Positions 58,601 through 63,691 of a DNA stretch of 64,000 bases are shown here, piece by piece. The translations under genes and the position numbers were made by a program. The notes under the pieces are model-generated. The model worked only from the letters and a program-made list of their open reading frames with translations, did not search any database and was not told where the DNA came from. This DNA is from a virus, in IMG/VR virus record IMGVR_UViG_3300042893_001701, positions 5,982-69,981 of that record; one strand, given 5' to 3'. Position 1 is the first letter of the stretch, and each line of letters begins with the position of its first letter.

Positions 58601-61240
58601 TAATTCTTCTGAACGTGTAAGCTTTCTATTAGGTGCAATAATGTTTTTAATAATAGTTTCTTCATCAGTTTCGTCTCCTACAAGTTTTTTTAAAGCATCA
58701 TAGGTAGGTACGTTTTGTAAATTTTTTTTAACTTCTTTAATTGTTTCTAAAGTAACCATACGATTTTTAATCGTGTTCATATCTTTACGAGTACTTTCAT
58801 TAAACCAACGCAAAAATCTACCTTCACCCATTTGAATTAAACGACCAATAGGATTTAAAACAAATATTAAACTAGCGTTTAATTTATCTGTTAAGTCCAT
58901 ATAATTTGAAAATGCATCAGATGCATCGTAATATTTTTGTATTTGATTTACGTCAGGTTTTACTTTTAAATCATTAATCATTTTCTTACCGACAATATCC
59001 ATGTCATAAGAACCGTAACGACTCCCAATTAAACCGATAAACTTTTGCATTTTATCAATTTCTTGTTTTTTAATACCTGCAGGCATCTTACCTGTTGTTT
59101 CATATTCAACTAAAGTAGCGTGTTGTTTTTTAGCTTGTTGAATTAAACTACGACCAGTAACACCATTAATAGTTAAAGGACTTACGTATGTACCATCAAT
59201 AACACTGTCTATTAAAGTTTTAACTACATCAACTTGTTTAGTAATCTGCGCGTTAATATCTCCTACTTTAATACCTTTATAAGTTTGTATACTTTGTTCC
59301 GTGAGATATTTAGTTAAGGCTTTTTTTCCACCTTGAAAGTAAGCATTAACAGCTCCAATAATTAAACCACGAGTTTTAGGTGTATGTGTATCTCTAAAAA
59401 TACCACGTTGTTTTGAATCAACAAGCATTCCTACATTTCCAGGTACACTTACTATTTTATTTTCAGATAACTTACCTATTTCTACACGTTGTAATTCTTT
59501 TTCTATAAATCTACTTACAACTTCAGTTCGTTTTTGTTTTACTTTTCCTTGAACCATTTCATCAAAGTTCCGGGGATCTAAAACAATTTCACCTACAACA
59601 CCTAGTACAGATTTAACAATAGAAGGTGCATCTTTTAAAATATCTGTTTTTTCAACAATATCTGCAGCAGTTAAAACATAAGCTGGTTTTTCACTGTATC
59701 CCCATGCACGTGCTAACGCGTCACGTTTAGCGTTAGGATCGTTATCAGCTAATCCTAAAAGAATTGATTTAGTTCTTGTTGCTCCGTAAAGATTATCTTG
59801 TAAATCTCCATACAATGAAATAGCTGCTACAAAATCTGAACCTTCTGGATCATATGTTGGTAACAACTCATCTACTTTTCTAAATACCGGCGCAATACTT
59901 TGTGATATAAACATAGTTAAACCAGCGCGGACTTGATTACCAATTACATTATTTCCTAAAAAAGAAGGTATACCGTATAACAAACGGTTACCTAGTGAAC
60001 TTCTTTTATTTAATAACCCATCAATAAACTTAGGTTGGTATTTAGCACCAACACGACCAATAATATATGGAATGGCTATTTGTGCTGTCAAAGCTGCAAG
60101 AGTAGAAACAGGGCGTGCTGCAATATTAGCGCCTACATTTTGTGCAAATAATGCTTGAGCTTGTAAACCAGATGGACTTAATGAACGTCCAATAGATTCA
60201 CCTATAGAAAAACCAACACGCATTGCACTTACACCAGTTGAAACAAGTGCACCTATCGCAGATACAGCTGTACCAATTCCAAGGACTTGTAATGGTGTAT
60301 ATTCTAAAACGTTACCAACAACAGCTGTAAGATCACCAAGTGTTTCTACACCAGATAAAACTGTATTACCTACATCACCTGCTTTAATATCTTGTATAAG
60401 ACCTGTCGCTGATATTCCTAAAGAAGCAACGTCTGCAGCCATACCTAAATAAGGAGCAATACCTGCTGCTTTACGACCTATAGATGTACCAGCTTCAACA
60501 ACATTATCAGCTAAAGTAATACCAACTTTGCTAAGTTTTTCTGCAGCTTCTTTACCGGCAATTCTAGTAGCATTGCTAACACTTTGTACATTGTCTAAAG
60601 TTTTAATAACATTATCTACATTTTTTTGTGCAACATCTTTAGCTTTCTTAGCTGCTTTTTTAGCTGCATCTTTATCAGGTTTAAATTTAACTTTGTTCCA
60701 ATCATCAATACTTTTGTTTAATATTTCTTCTGCTGCTTTTTTAGCATCACTAGCTGTGTTTAAATTTTTAACTGATTCAGCTACCTTTACTGCTTGCGTA
60801 TTATATTCAGTTATGTTTTTAATTTGTAAAGGAGTATAACGTCTAAATCCAACAAGACTTTGTGCTTGTCTTCTACTAGTTGATAATGGAACACCTCTAG
60901 TTCCTAAAAATAAACCACCTTGTATAGCAGCAGTAGTACCTGCTCCAACGACTCCACCAATAACGCCTAATGTATTTTGTAGTTGTTTATCACTAAATCC
61001 ATAACGTTCACGGATCATATCCATATAGCTTTCACTATTTACTGCAAATGGTGTTGTTGCAAAGCTTCGTAACGTGTCTTCAAAAGACTGTGTTGATGTT
61101 CTACGTGCTTGACCAAAGCCTCTTACTCCACTGTAATAAGGAGCCAGAGCAGGTCTGCTGTATATATTTGCTACTCTAAGCTGTCCTCTGTTAAAGATAG
61201 CTGGTTTTCTTGGAAATAATAATGCCATGTTCAAAAACAA
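37652..61240 (-). CDS. Giant (7,862 aa) putative virion protein containing a fused two-barrel RNA polymerase core and a DnaQ-like domain
   Basis: Beta-like motifs (VAFV...LDVI; GNK...GFKG; VFSRGTAG; GLLYVYADH) followed by beta'-like motifs (KRWEGIR; ARSP; GADNDGD). DLE and AHNGYRFD exonuclease motifs. Likely ATG at 61228. Confidence 0.85.
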   Translation of the reverse strand: MFLNMALLFPRKPAIFNRGQLRVANIYSRPALAPYYSGVRGFGQARRTSTQSFEDTLRSFATTPFAVNSESYMDMIRERYGFSDKQLQNTLGVIGGVVGAGTTAAIQGGLFLGTRGVPLSTSRRQAQSLVGFRRYTPLQIKNITEYNTQAVKVAESVKNLNTASDAKKAAEEILNKSIDDWNKVKFKPDKDAAKKAAKKAKDVAQKNVDNVIKTLDNVQSVSNATRIAGKEAAEKLSKVGITLADNVVEAGTSIGRKAAGIAPYLGMAADVASLGISATGLIQDIKAGDVGNTVLSGVETLGDLTAVVGNVLEYTPLQVLGIGTAVSAIGALVSTGVSAMRVGFSIGESIGRSLSPSGLQAQALFAQNVGANIAARPVSTLAALTAQIAIPYIIGRVGAKYQPKFIDGLLNKRSSLGNRLLYGIPSFLGNNVIGNQVRAGLTMFISQSIAPVFRKVDELLPTYDPEGSDFVAAISLYGDLQDNLYGATRTKSILLGLADNDPNAKRDALARAWGYSEKPAYVLTAADIVEKTDILKDAPSIVKSVLGVVGEIVLDPRNFDEMVQGKVKQKRTEVVSRFIEKELQRVEIGKLSENKIVSVPGNVGMLVDSKQRGIFRDTHTPKTRGLIIGAVNAYFQGGKKALTKYLTEQSIQTYKGIKVGDINAQITKQVDVVKTLIDSVIDGTYVSPLTINGVTGRSLIQQAKKQHATLVEYETTGKMPAGIKKQEIDKMQKFIGLIGSRYGSYDMDIVGKKMINDLKVKPDVNQIQKYYDASDAFSNYMDLTDKLNASLIFVLNPIGRLIQMGEGRFLRWFNESTRKDMNTIKNRMVTLETIKEVKKNLQNVPTYDALKKLVGDETDEETIIKNIIAPNRKLTRSEELLIEDIKENLKNDKELQNIKNNFDAQQEYFTRLTDQVKKQLQALEDNRSKYAFRTIDYKINNSTITIDNSNYSEKYKRLQDLRALPNPTKDESQERTALSAAFVDYEMAINNVEIYQKYVEHYQAVLNVLNLASIRADDYTLNVLQSLFAFKAYFNTLVPQKATDNLKNEFNRLDARLTKVKKDLEDEEDILNNKKNGLLLKKQEFEKQYKADFLKTDVDYQALIKRVNDTQTRIAALKTSEDEVNKKIDVNKKELADLQKLIRNGKKDPVSLIKGFDPVKFELTVKTLNELQRVNLLNGIQFQITVKDKDGNETKENVNEKITQAYFIKVYETGNEIKEVGVVLKDNFELQINKLLNTLLGKNVFEDLLNYNHKHFNLDLKTFKDLTPQNKVKTIVAYINESNLKQEDKDKLLEDKTLRKAIVTMETIARTKVGSTTFYASSQISSDLLYRYVMQEQMKLYKDGADPKENKNPIIQAFVKAAEIIKNLDDQVAKTTGKIDEFTQATLEELQGRFETSLKYTPIYRYVKSFLYNYLQHDKNKLTLFKRSTISEILPDNIEDYDIQKAVKNERIANNIVNNFLESDFTRTLLNPLDLKSLREASIVRFKMNVNAVLTEEESRLKDKVIQRFNKAEDERIIHELEEKEVKSVTDEAAKDDARLSPEEKRNKILEKIMQDKYGPTEVRTQLSLDIVSLPATKGKGTGRFARSKLVEGLVNNRNYIILPDYLQIRLNMSLFLRGKKDVNIYEYLKENNRSTVEYEEAVGAFSYKLAWLFIKYPEIIKFKDIDTSGNVEDIAKRITAAYLKDGNVDVQIKMEDKFKKQVQYTKLFKTLLFKQVGSYLGKGASTADIKNWLLDAATDQNKDDVLKNLISKTNSQLHGILNRNKKSIIMFSTLTDAIVDLRDLELSLKTSIDKYTAEASPSIRIQAILKSKEIQELFKDLATAKADKNPNEYSHIFFKILHVVKDYYTEDYATKIILKSFDGFESLELKDNEIYFNFKVNNKVVQYSVFDMIFIHGLSRTDFNRFVETVGLRTAASKTSNQVKDLIAAALASYDMLIEEYGSLLTNNAFSISKEVFMKQEGATEEIYKLFTDPGVTELRQRLRLVNNIFEQDLNTNQIDFNMYYDNRYRSYSLYIDNALVKYNDDLTSGKPVNPKFVFYAYDKDDNKKEMFAISLTNKNGSLRNKNTLLLLTLLQLTQLNADEFKGYSIKRPDDGIRQQVFIKPEAIKTIIKDIFFKDSKAVKGKAQNTNIVRLEKFVKELNEDLKEYQSREGIDKGSVIYKRTVNMYKIRKQNYNDLIKFYKEINSKITVDPFNKFDVILEDMIKDPEVAERYFNNVVNTDGDDFALAYNKAGEPKLYRTKDIPDYKDRNDGKGIPTLNVLLIKALKNNDSNLLSLMQDRVAKNEQVKNVDVRIVTDDGSAVVVVPDKNWSFDNTKSISTVLKRVMNNNYETGERDVIEVYVLSESKYAEIQELGKLKQSDVPTIDIHKIDDDNIVPIPDIINVQGNKVIVDYWLDDINLVFKESLDTSNKTSAFEVLKKLSEFYALRYSKKNLQGFVPILKAYGNGVNLFNTQPFQKLVESAKLNTIFFDFYNLIGEEDYDIHTIGVNFFNSKFINADYNLNNIETDLNAQLVQRLKSRGLFNKIVNALQYLQNEYGRSPLLNKLNYFNILTPDSISELLKLKNSIYGIVKYIERTNNTAYQKIVPIIEKHIQTSLSDEVSSSNIKTFNVLYNEVNQVFYSVLDTAFKDPYKKEYDPVKLFDGVKNNIYAGLQGLSVLNAQQYYLKTLHDLVNAAKRRHYVLHKKYKNNSINYLNFTSIRTLFRDFNNRNINSETLYKKLKELFVVPEKVKESIYAVATKIYEQEKNKKDGYTSAERIADHLIYGYIIKSYLVSIKQFMDRNITNELDGYNNVDYLNLLTHNESLLRIKEKDNSITAQETILLKEIRARLKASNIIKDNAVRYTYNNEHLIYKGNDTSKMFSYEAPDAEKVKKQLAENKLDPVENIKIDEYISQYVLKKFGYSLDNADRLSLTDLASDVILTATEYLYSKETKETKRYVSELGTLEKTINKTDTLKKEMIAKGFTEAQIRVMFDVGNANISTGRIITDTSEYKKMLTDSDDLTKETINLFINEVSAIKKGTYKIKKVELSYKEIYEVHTLDLLENSKKFLDYFKDVIRNYSDDTDTEEIVKVMNKFGITRSEVFSILEGEYEDISHFINAHVKNIETAKKDKLSTEDYTKATVLMLFINYHKQQFIENKLNIKDYGLDADKIKQVLYYEKLRDKNNFLNYKTINMNDVLGDGNAITNSINFYFNKGFVTLRKINSRVTFLNDRLQRIILDGTNLKDNDEYTGTRHGIIYKENNIKTVATETQRTLYEPLFREGEAGFVGGRMYELMLMRKDFVLDMMAENSSKTKDVGSSNVLYNSIRNNFTDVLAFIKKDFKPYEFIRVRDVATAVGLFLKEKSAVNYFIEQYNYLVSEAKKEYIVNNSSSKKSPDVLADEFDAELAKRVKQIISISDNNNKIVEFNDSNIKAVIGYIFTARFVDSKDIPEIQNKLAASIKDQLKTDLQYKNYKFKTITSVIYRIIKSDKTNLEKKEELAKLQGKTFDQLSVEQKSIIETGLKINNFINASENFYNPKQWYDTFDVAYGKKNRIGAATTIKMQDEANEELEIDALDKTVIKMQSSLDTSTANARRLDRQNTLFTIKDAPSHYVYDAVRPLNIPQDINDQADLATFILQEKLVEADQKVKEEEKIIKEKKLELINNLFKLYPGLRNFFLDRAENKINLELGKQQLRLDKLKNEYESKIVKEYEAYLKDDLEVKAIEATKEFKIYKLLNEEFEYFIKTNTPANVIFDTLFDFYKDELAVYEVNNVKDLFNIYKDINNKKIIDKLNALRDQRDARGKGLKITSKKFTYVSYKDKRVIIDEKILSLKEQRDNIRLGDVDQIDFALNALTELITDFKKEGKIDLTRTFDTIDRKDNFKELTETAKDLIQARHNKQFNEKMKYLKKAYMLVRAFNISYGRADSKDLGKITEDTLIKPFVLIKAIENETAILKTHLENLKSKKLINITEAITLTELKGENEFKINLYFNTVLELQLVKRELQLGGLLTNQEVKRITEDTERLFENITDPLVAYNLLMSVAQKKESYRPIKSDFGSKNININLSGLTIDQLKHAESLLSIVNNKINNLYNNNIDEIILNNEKLIKQWELTTKDLLLEDDILKRVKKVPTINDSDNNKKLFNSLYAALGGPTLDINNATLESLIRFVANNKSSGQLKQANENKNAIVGQINDIAQVKDELLNVPKVQKNIADLKVLLQEKREALLKIRAEREMLYKKELEVAGDKLSNIDVFKHYYKIKEDEEESDVIDIVLSTLKSRYKNFNVDVIKKQIMSRGDYALHNSIVDSLITFLNYIHQKPNAKNFVVVDLETYKQDGQFKPYQMTMIYEKNDEVIINDVFINSALFFDGLNDDGSYKENMLKFYEQQKSIWKEQWKNENLTEENFEIKAKEKMDLLITRVRNVKNNDNFINTFLQLIGDQSVDIVAHNGYRFDFSLIKDFVSRVGENLIVNEYYRNLREETDVKKIFDNIDKTDLNDDEITKEYLVALQKEYADTIKQLNERLPLLTSQEADIFKKRLNLINRKTAELKIKQRVRYASEQVGYIINDNIRKQIMDVSTGSIKYINDSLLKHINSKDIIEQNSIKEDLILKFMEGISLNNRNPAIQKIIIEYVEKLIVDVTNTYNQYLSGALKIDYGATKAGTTVKTEITLEAISQTGIKLYEEGDALDVNKRLELIDVAILANNNLIEALKLGATSDEIVLARQEELDKINKTIEEGQKLIVRLQQEQATLKVSNEEILLKILDVARKINNNSFGYAKTIGIALNNITANIGSSTGPKSLALFENQQKVAFNNLQNKVQALLNLSTMLSSKDLSEDKLKKTLEKTIDSRLVQVLDGTLKPEDALEQINKELSILNKAEENIKDTGVVALLKIVYEEFIKDHTIILKQTKTELIESLKNLLNIRDYKGVSVKDGEILFNNKVADYKTIKTIYNVITEATDNNQKFFESNTAIVTNVTRLLNTYEESLKYTSIKFDDLLKDNFSNEFEVFKALVNDRYTALLQTKTFLENYKGDRTLEEKSTDAVLLVYKDVLHTLTGIQDNLERIKNESILTLITGEIPSDRMTDEQYEDVASRILPQEEIDQDKLLKKEGVKVMYDDPTKGNDIKVLRTVSNTVLSKVIKDATDETNNTYIFTVLDQEYNEANNVVYNAKSNTLTINLKYGYIPAHLKYSGGTSKGFQIQEKKIEVALNPKNKKGYQFTVNELKEFINENKHFYWQDTKSDKKLVIIPNLKQDELHFSEGKDSSKDAIKVLIEWIIKSEDKFVNFKKDDTKAQVDDKLKIIKELYDSTLTHEKFAGNYNYLQVINISKIIKNQFFAELSLYQSNQKLTAINIKEIYSGIYNRITAKYKALEPGSLINQINSDYSYDYNLDSFDAKFLEEEKIDLGLNSDGSMGAVLKYKTKYDFNFPFTLMTNSIRTMLSAKHLLAKYTTVGFLNNIYGDIKEKQAPGKKLLETFLADPIKYLNNKTISDQFIRKTKTSNTQIFMPNIMSESLYNEYKKDSMVHQFGVTVPVAFVKDPRIPLDVIAIDADWARATNWGQGNKTWLGLHYGFKGAVRYIPNLYKTYGAYFAASADSVFSRGTAGAYAEMLFNYIRAYLIKETDNRGNSVVPERTESYFKLIDEHLRKVFLPLITKSGKDNIMLIDGKTTYEIFEELSDVIQSKLGNLPEFTGISKEKLYQVLLLRDYKEKDITDLKGIQVVTPTIVKPAIFNQKDLDTDTDQNKLHERRYIISNLTESKYVRGLLYVYADHENTAQALQTITKVNAVGKLIRTIVDGNNNPIKGQSLSPTVMNQIFTKIGKDNFFKVFNPDYSNLNLLSDVRALGFKTVIKEAINLEKEEDVNSEEAFEKYISLLSKAFQNKKIHEYVRNQGIKYLQLLLLIHTSNNSTIGYQKEVEKLVTNTESNVLQKMYDGKQSAYYKSTFKRWEGIRQQYLADVTLDAGEINLSESAWKAIEERNQRDGGTLIKTEELTNKQKIKEYIETALTYKTDEEREEYLNSRGIFAKENEALYKELKANVTDVNKLSALIIKQTYTYLLAARSPVQDYAAVPVFKAIGYSKSYAANINVYAYNMMGADNDGDALGMALLKINDVEGPDAPLKNLLSTDLNYYTYDEEVKKDSKGNVINLVSYLEKSNEEMFGKEELDLIKNEHKVGNVDLISYKFTRNQTGKNTFNKDVRPNKEYLEIEEYVLIEPDILAQLGETVKNTIIELDTSNTANLKVYVNAHIRMTNQGNDFAGVIKTINDYQDNKKVLEYYNTNKENIDLLYTLEAALTQNKVMFGNDVKLNKDLTDVYLKYFTEEEQNIITNDKDPEFARLYKRFVRFVLTKKIEQFTTSRGRASKNGVNYTGNKRKDQFISSFLSIYPRINLSKTGEFWKSIGAAANQEGEVTIASLLKAIIGKDVTDLSPDEILNLLTTIKQTGKTGNSAINNPKGSMRFFVKDVPLIINDLIRLVEEYKQGFVELENLSDLVNQDTVTYREYITFLQSSSKTNDPVIANYIKQLSKYNPEETISNSFVKELLMFYFNNPKTLNGFLNGRESIEELMSGYLNQFVIERVALNNMSRLIQKDISMNKHDGIDTNPNQRSLLNRQAVDEITTKKSIRKIILGSNNIESLFGMAINTDRNMRERIDLKLDKIGSGSINQEYFEQNPDSHVSLKENYTEEKPALNDINALIVERAKLFLLGNLFMPDTFVTTMFNKVIQLNNALINPVNYMQYSNDLINSIRFFESMNIPFYKLSTFLRDVLSIANVVSERFVSKYKLDINKVNLVKNTRNILSLMYRLRDPNFMEVFKNRYGKETIIYNFFQNVNDMTEGWFIVDEEGNRTVFTPEDDLLDEDIKEAISEHNDVHLSVSVAGSNNGPIISKTSDELLEATMPEVSKDITDRLKYSTFNSEIEKIDDVINNFRTEIDLILTSTDNIEEQIKNTKKIIKKLNLKTTAQNELSTRRVRNAIRDTANAKQYAKLEELQNKKSSNEQLIKETENKIKLQEKEQSKLKTAVQNIERIKAWYAENKNPIAKLEEENKQLEKDKEEIKTNALQNAVLNNIGGGILLLRTVDGYGMGDSSVGKPRYLTQEDLNKNRERSTLEMTNNVTLLTNMIDSNNLDLSFKIIYNFMKERQGDFRLVIVKPPYEDEGAYRSIVDQIRKFDPNKDTKTKLFTKFTEEEFKSLKFNNMEELKKWQTDGGKIVFNGQVYEKIDPKIILENNRALTPTYKEIPIRSLSELKEIYEVARGNNDQGVRPIIGFIDLDTWMQTMENTYKSTIIPNGLEKFAWKLQIFSKNVSKFSAAFLFRNLNDTVYQLFSNAQILPKVVDSKDFTHMTMTSLELYNLYEKYSDEHTATIVSAGLYYEDILNQLKMPVPDAKVIEKNINLMKEILESYYTIGRTIDNPRVKFNLNKVERLIRIIKQINFKNVDKYKETLYDVVTLISNIKFGEYIELYDNREINGKMIAGLRIDSRDENNNVRTNAPSLSKLISGEDNKWKKDILKQLSAFMYTSATSDYLRKDNFELLPEVFERYRGYDDNDTSTNTYEEIKKMITDARKIRRDRKGFFPFKTLSSALINLYDDINTKIENSARITNFLYNLMIYNKTFDESVTASLRSWFNYGLRSPLEQRLLADIPFVSFPVRSIQNWIDRLNNPRWWRFMSDFFDGWYGQYIDEEEKEYDDFMKYQMRNGWIPLSKNFGLRIGNGALDIMNILYNTQEAFEGRISPILRAVKTLVEKRNVFESLNQLASLGLIGRIANTVTGASDLAAGTKLREQAARIPVLREMLDTRQATLGRTLRGFAYDIVNYEKYTPRRYRYGRNGRYAKYENIYRDWFNKYGRMRRPTTNPYRLVKNIQWRQYVRYRQSQAMILK

Positions 61241-61248
61241 TTATAGCA
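61240..61248 (-). promoter_or_regulatory. Extended -10 promoter (TGCTATAAT) of the giant gene
   Basis: Perfect TGnTATAAT 11 nt upstream of the ATG at 61228. Confidence 0.6.
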
Positions 61249-61249
61249 T

Positions 61250-61285
61250 AAAAAAACCACCGCAATCAATGCAGTGGTCTTTTTT
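61250..61285 (-). terminator. Intrinsic terminator of the capsid unit
   Basis: ACCACTGCA-loop-TGCGGTGGT followed by a T-run on the minus strand. Confidence 0.75.
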
Positions 61286-61301
61286 ACTATTTGTCTACAA
61301 A

Positions 61302-61640
61302 CTACATCTTTTTAAAGTCGCCAGATGCTTGGGTATCCATGAACTTAGCTGTGGTTTTAGCAATACGGATTTGACGATCAATGTGATGAAGATACTTCAA
61401 CAACGCATTGTAGTGTCCGCGTGATAACGAGAATTCGGTACCATCTGTTGGGAACTTTTTAAAGTTACCATTAAACGCCACAGTAATAGACTCACCAACA
61501 TAACGAGCATATAACGGTGAGATTGAGTATTTAAGATTAGATTCGCGGAATATTTTCATATCGTTATTCCGTGCTTCCATCTCAACACTTTCAACACCTT
61601 TAATAAGACTGGATGTTAGTTCAAATGTGTCTTTAGCCAT
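61302..61640 (-). CDS. Small putative structural protein after MCP
   Basis: RBS AAAGGAGG; position directly after MCP. Confidence 0.7.
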   Translation of the reverse strand: MAKDTFELTSSLIKGVESVEMEARNNDMKIFRESNLKYSISPLYARYVGESITVAFNGNFKKFPTDGTEFSLSRGHYNALLKYLHHIDRQIRIAKTTAKFMDTQASGDFKKM

Positions 61641-61695
61641 TTGAGTGCTGCCTCCTTTCTTTAAGAGATACGGTTAACCTATACACCGTAAGGTT

Positions 61696-61704
61696 ATTAT
61701 AGCA
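61696..61704 (-). promoter_or_regulatory. Extended -10 promoter (TGCTATAAT)
   Basis: Immediately after the MCP stop. Confidence 0.5.
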
Positions 61705-61708
61705 CGAA

Positions 61709-63691
61709 CTACTCTACGTTAGAGCCTTCGTCGTTGCCAGTACCCTTGTTACCAAGAACATCTTGTTCAAGCGTATCGACAAATTCTTTTAAGTATTCAG
61801 CACGGATTGCTTTGAATTTTCCATCAACTGTATCGATTGGTGCGCTTCCAAGAGCGTTGTTTCCAGCAGTGATAGCTTTTTTAAACACAAACGCTTTAAC
61901 TTCAGTTGAGTATTGTGGGGTTGCAAATGAAGTACCGTTTGCTTGCTTTAGTTCAACTGTAATTGGGTGTAACACGACTGCACCTTTTGCATAAGCAAGA
62001 CCCGCTGCATAAAATTTATAAGCATTAACACCTGCGATATTTGGCGATCCAGCCAAACCACCACGGTTAACACCATCTACACGTAACTTACCTGCGCCAT
62101 CAATACCAATTGAATTAGGATTGTTTTGTTCATACGCTTCAGCTTCAGTTAAGAAGTTTGGTGCGTAGTTCTTGTTGATAACTTTTTCAGTTAATGCAGC
62201 AAGTTCAGCATAACGTGGGATTCCGAAAGTTACAACAACAGCTTCAGGACGCTTAATTGCTAATCCAAAACCATCAACTTTGAAACCAATAGATTGACGT
62301 TGGTCGATTGGGTCAGCGACACCAGATGAACCTAACGCTTTAATAATAATTTTTGGCGAGTCAGACACACCTTCCATGGTTAACTTCACTAATGCTTCTG
62401 CACCAAATAAAATACCACGGTGGATTGGGAGTTGCATAAATTCGCCGGCATCAATGTATCCGTTGATTTTTGCTAAATCACCAGATGCACCAGCTTCAAT
62501 AGCACCATACGTCACAACGCCAGTGAGCGCGTTAATCGTACGGGTTTGCTTTTTAAGAACAGCAGTGGCTGCTACTGCTTCATCTGTTGCGGATAACACC
62601 ACAGTTGCAGTGACATCTTGAGCAGCTAATACTAAATTAGTAGCAACTGTACCAGTAGGAATTTCCCACTTAATTAATTCGTCAATAGCCGATCCATCTT
62701 TAAGATACGAAGTACCAGCAAGATTAGACTTAGCTTTAACACCCGTGCTAACAACAAAGTCTTGATGAATGTCTAAGTACCAAATCGTGCTAGTAGGGTT
62801 ACCACTAACTGGAGCAATTGGTTCAACTGCGTATAAACGGATAACTTCAGTACCGTCTGCTTTTTCATAGACACCTGGGAATTCAACATCAGGATACGCA
62901 AATTCATCTAACATCGTTGGGACAAAGGACAATTCAAACATGTCGAATTGTTGACCAGTCGTCCAAAGTTTGCCAGTGGTTTGTTCGATTTCCATATATT
63001 GTTTAACACGTGGGTCATCGATTAATCCATTAATAAATTCTGGTGAGCACACATACATAAATTTACCGCCGACAGGTTTAACCATCATGCGTTTCATACG
63101 TGATACTAAGAAGCGAAGATCATCTAAACGGATTTCATCACCAAAATGTAATTGATTAAAGCCTGTTTTAAAGCCGGCAAAGAATTCATTTGGGGTAGCT
63201 AACCAAGTCTTACGAGCATACAGTTCTTTGGTTTGGTTGGCAACTTCACCATATTGAACTGAACGTTCAGCAAGTACTTCGTTAACAATACTTAAGTCTA
63301 ACTTGTCAGTATATTCTGACCAGCGACCGAACGAGAACACGTTACCAACTTCAATAGTTTCGTAAGCATGTTTGTCTGGAGCAGGTGGAACACCTTCCTT
63401 TAAAGGAGTCAAGGTTGGAGTTAATCCAGCCCAACGACGGAAACGAGCAACAGTGTCGCCTCTGCGAATCGTTAACGTTTCAGCAGCTGCTAAGTGTACG
63501 TAGTTTTCCTCACCGTACTTGAGAGAGTCGATCAAAATTGTGTTGTAAAAAATGTTGGGATCAAACCCAGCACGATACACACCATCTTTGTCGTAGAGCA
63601 TTCCAATAACAGTGTTAACGTTTTGCAAATTATGCAACGGTAACAATGCTTCTTTGGAAGTCTTTATATTTGCGTCTGATAAAATGGCCAT
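61709..63691 (-). CDS. Major capsid protein (HK97 fold, N4-gp56-like family), 660 aa
   Basis: RFRRW...LKEGVPP, FGRWSEYTD, DPIDQRQSIGFK motifs; RBS AAGGAGG before the ATG at 63691. Confidence 0.85.
   Translation of the reverse strand: MAILSDANIKTSKEALLPLHNLQNVNTVIGMLYDKDGVYRAGFDPNIFYNTILIDSLKYGEENYVHLAAAETLTIRRGDTVARFRRWAGLTPTLTPLKEGVPPAPDKHAYETIEVGNVFSFGRWSEYTDKLDLSIVNEVLAERSVQYGEVANQTKELYARKTWLATPNEFFAGFKTGFNQLHFGDEIRLDDLRFLVSRMKRMMVKPVGGKFMYVCSPEFINGLIDDPRVKQYMEIEQTTGKLWTTGQQFDMFELSFVPTMLDEFAYPDVEFPGVYEKADGTEVIRLYAVEPIAPVSGNPTSTIWYLDIHQDFVVSTGVKAKSNLAGTSYLKDGSAIDELIKWEIPTGTVATNLVLAAQDVTATVVLSATDEAVAATAVLKKQTRTINALTGVVTYGAIEAGASGDLAKINGYIDAGEFMQLPIHRGILFGAEALVKLTMEGVSDSPKIIIKALGSSGVADPIDQRQSIGFKVDGFGLAIKRPEAVVVTFGIPRYAELAALTEKVINKNYAPNFLTEAEAYEQNNPNSIGIDGAGKLRVDGVNRGGLAGSPNIAGVNAYKFYAAGLAYAKGAVVLHPITVELKQANGTSFATPQYSTEVKAFVFKKAITAGNNALGSAPIDTVDGKFKAIRAEYLKEFVDTLEQDVLGNKGTGNDEGSNVE

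Noticed and set aside
38124-60839. Short + strand ORFs and alternate-frame ORFs within the giant gene
   Set aside because: Antisense shadows of AT-rich coding sequence, with no RBS or motifs.
37652-61240. Giant ORF as a tape measure protein or a repetitive adhesin
   Set aside because: No periodic repeats were seen and there are no long-tail genes; the ordered RNAP catalytic motifs explain it better.
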